A stretch of 64,000 nucleotides of DNA, from assembly GCF_036321535.1 (NCBI RefSeq), contig NC_087436.1, positions 13,516,001-13,580,000 of the forward strand. Reading direction: 5' to 3'. The stretch is from Camelus dromedarius. Lineage: Eukaryota. The position numbers were made by a program, and so were the translations under genes. The notes under the pieces are model-generated. The model saw only the letters and a program-made list of their open reading frames with translations. It made no database searches and was not told where the DNA came from. Positions 62,209-64,000 of the stretch are shown piece by piece; positions within the stretch are counted from its first letter, which is position 1; every line of letters starts with the position of its first letter.

Positions 62209-62214
62209 TTTAAT
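62209..62214 (-). terminator. Candidate TLR2 polyadenylation signal (ATTAAA)
   Basis: tttaat on + about 830 nt past the TLR2 stop, at the end of an AU-rich 3' UTR-like stretch. Confidence 0.35.
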
Positions 62215-63044
62215 GTCATATTACCTAATTATAAAAATTAACCCATGGAAGCAGCATCTACCTTTTACATTATCAGGTCTCAAATATTTTCCAATCATTA
62301 TAAGATTCAAGTCTATACTTGTTAAACATCTATTTAGCTCACACATACTTTTATAAAGTTTCAGAAGGAAAAAAAAAAAAAAAGACCTTTTTGGAATCAG
62401 AAACAAGACTTGTCAAAGCAGACAAAAGCAACCTGAGGCAGGGGAGGCAGACCTGAAGACAGGGGCTGAGGGGCCAGAGGCACCAGACCCCAGTCAGAGC
62501 TTCACAAAGAGTGAAAGGCTGAAGACCAGAGTCACGGATATAGAAGGCTTCTTTCAAATTCTTCTAAATTGAGTATTTTGTCTACGTATTCTTATTAGTT
62601 TCACTGTTGGAGAAACACAGAACTTACTGCACTTTGTGCTGTGTACCCTCTCCCTGGGGCTGAAGAACTCGATCATCAAATACCCAAAAAGACAGACCCA
62701 GTTCACATGAAACACGCCTTGTAGGTATTTCCATTTGCAACTTTCTGTTCCTTTATGCTGTTTCCTAGTGGACTAAGCCAACTGGTACAGATAATTCAGA
62801 TATCAATAATGGACTGCGATCATGATTCTCTCATAGGAGAAAGAAAAGCCCAGAACCATGGTCTCCCATTCTGGTAGCAGTTTTTACAAAACAGCACTCT
62901 AGAGCAAATTTGAACAGTTTTAGTGGTTTTAGTAAGCAAGTCCTCATTCGTGTGGCTTACGTATAATTGTGTCGGAGTGGACTTGGTTATACCTAGTGAG
63001 ACCGAAACCACCACCAGACCAAGACTGGCCTTTGGTGAAGGAAC

Positions 63045-64000
63045 CTAGGACTTTATTGCAGCTCTCAAATTGAACCAAAACCCCTCCCGCTGCATTTCAT
63101 CAGCGGGCCACTCCAGGTAGGTCTTGGTGTTCATTATCTTCCGCAGTTTACAGAAGCGCTGGGGAATGGCCTTCCTCTCAATGGGCTCCAGCAGGATGAG
63201 GATGGCGGCGTCATCGCTCTCGTCAAAGAGACGGAAATGGGAGAAGTCCAGTTCGTACTTGCACCACTCGCTCTTCACAAAGTTCTCCGAGAGCACAAAG
63301 ATGGTTTTGTGGCTCTTTTCAATGCAGTCGATGATATTGTCAATAATCCATTTGCCAGGAATGAAGTCCCGCTTGTGAAGACACAACTTGAAGGGCGGGT
63401 TGAAGTGCTCCAGCTCCTGGACCATGAGGTTCTCCACCCAGTAGGAATCCTGCTCACTGTAGGACACAAAGGCGTCATAACAGAGGTCCCCGCGGGGAGC
63501 CTTCTTGGGCTTCCGTTTGGCCTGGAGCCAGGCCCACATCATCTTCATGTACCACACGCCGTGGAAATGGTGGCACAGAACCCCGGTGAGCAGGAGCAAC
63601 AGGAAAAGGGCGCAGCACGCGGCGGACACCACGGCTGCCCTGTGGCATTCAGCCACCGAGAGCCGGGCGTCCTGAACCCGCCGGCCCCGCACGTGGGATG
63701 GAGAGTCACACAGGTAGTTTTCTGGCCAGTCGATCAGGACCTGGGCCAGTGCTCGCTGCCCCTGCGTGAAAGACAGGAAGTCACAGGAGCAAATGAAGCT
63801 GTTGCCGCCGGCTTCCAAAGTCTTCAGCTTTTGAAAAGAGGCAAGTTGCTCCTTAGAGAAAGTACTGATTGTATTTCTACTGATTCTCATAACTAATAAC
63901 GTGGGTAAGGAGGAAGCATCTGGGAGGGTCTTCAACTTATTCCTGGAAATATAAAGTTCTTTGAGTTGCGGCAAAATCAAAGAAAATGAATTGAGATTGT
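63045..64000 (-). CDS. TLR2: Toll-like receptor 2, C-terminal part (last LRRs, LRR-CT, TM helix, TIR); 5' part lies beyond the window
   Basis: Open frame to the window edge; Nx[18 protein letters not shown] box 1, [13 protein letters not shown] box 2, [11 protein letters not shown] C-terminus typical of TLR2. Confidence 0.98.
   Translation of the reverse strand, partial: NLNSFSLILPQLKELYISRNKLKTLPDASSLPTLLVMRISRNTISTFSKEQLASFQKLKTLEAGGNSFICSCDFLSFTQGQRALAQVLIDWPENYLCDSPSHVRGRRVQDARLSVAECHRAAVVSAACCALFLLLLLTGVLCHHFHGVWYMKMMWAWLQAKRKPKKAPRGDLCYDAFVSYSEQDSYWVENLMVQELEHFNPPFKLCLHKRDFIPGKWIIDNIIDCIEKSHKTIFVLSENFVKSEWCKYELDFSHFRLFDESDDAAILILLEPIERKAIPQRFCKLRKIMNTKTYLEWPADEMQREGFWFNLRAAIKS

Noticed and set aside
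63124..63896. 219-aa and 84-aa ORFs on +
   Set aside because: Antisense shadows of the TLR2 coding sequence

Overview
Mammalian genomic DNA, most likely camelid (inferred from about 10 copies of a tRNA-Ala(AGC)-derived SINE resembling Vic-1; I saw no Alu, BovB, Bov-tA or PRE1). It holds the complete RNF175 gene on + (9 coding exons, 9781-59088, 972 nt CDS = 323 aa multi-pass membrane RING-H2 E3 ligase, CpG-island promoter). It also holds the 3' part of the TLR2 coding exon on - (LRR-CT, TM and TIR; stop at 63045; runs off the window), tail-to-tail with RNF175. The rest is intronic or intergenic and rich in L1, SINE, MIR, L2, MER5/MER20, MLT1, Tigger1 and one MER41-like ERV1 LTR. Most notable: the last two RNF175 introns are both U12-type (minor spliceosome) and bracket a symmetric 102-nt exon encoding half the RING, which is also flanked by inverted SINEs; a MER41-like LTR carries a perfect STAT GAS motif near TLR2; and several transposon structures are nested or rearranged. 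I found no convincing wholly new gene or system. Repeat family names and comparisons with human proteins are from memory, and repeat boundaries are approximate.
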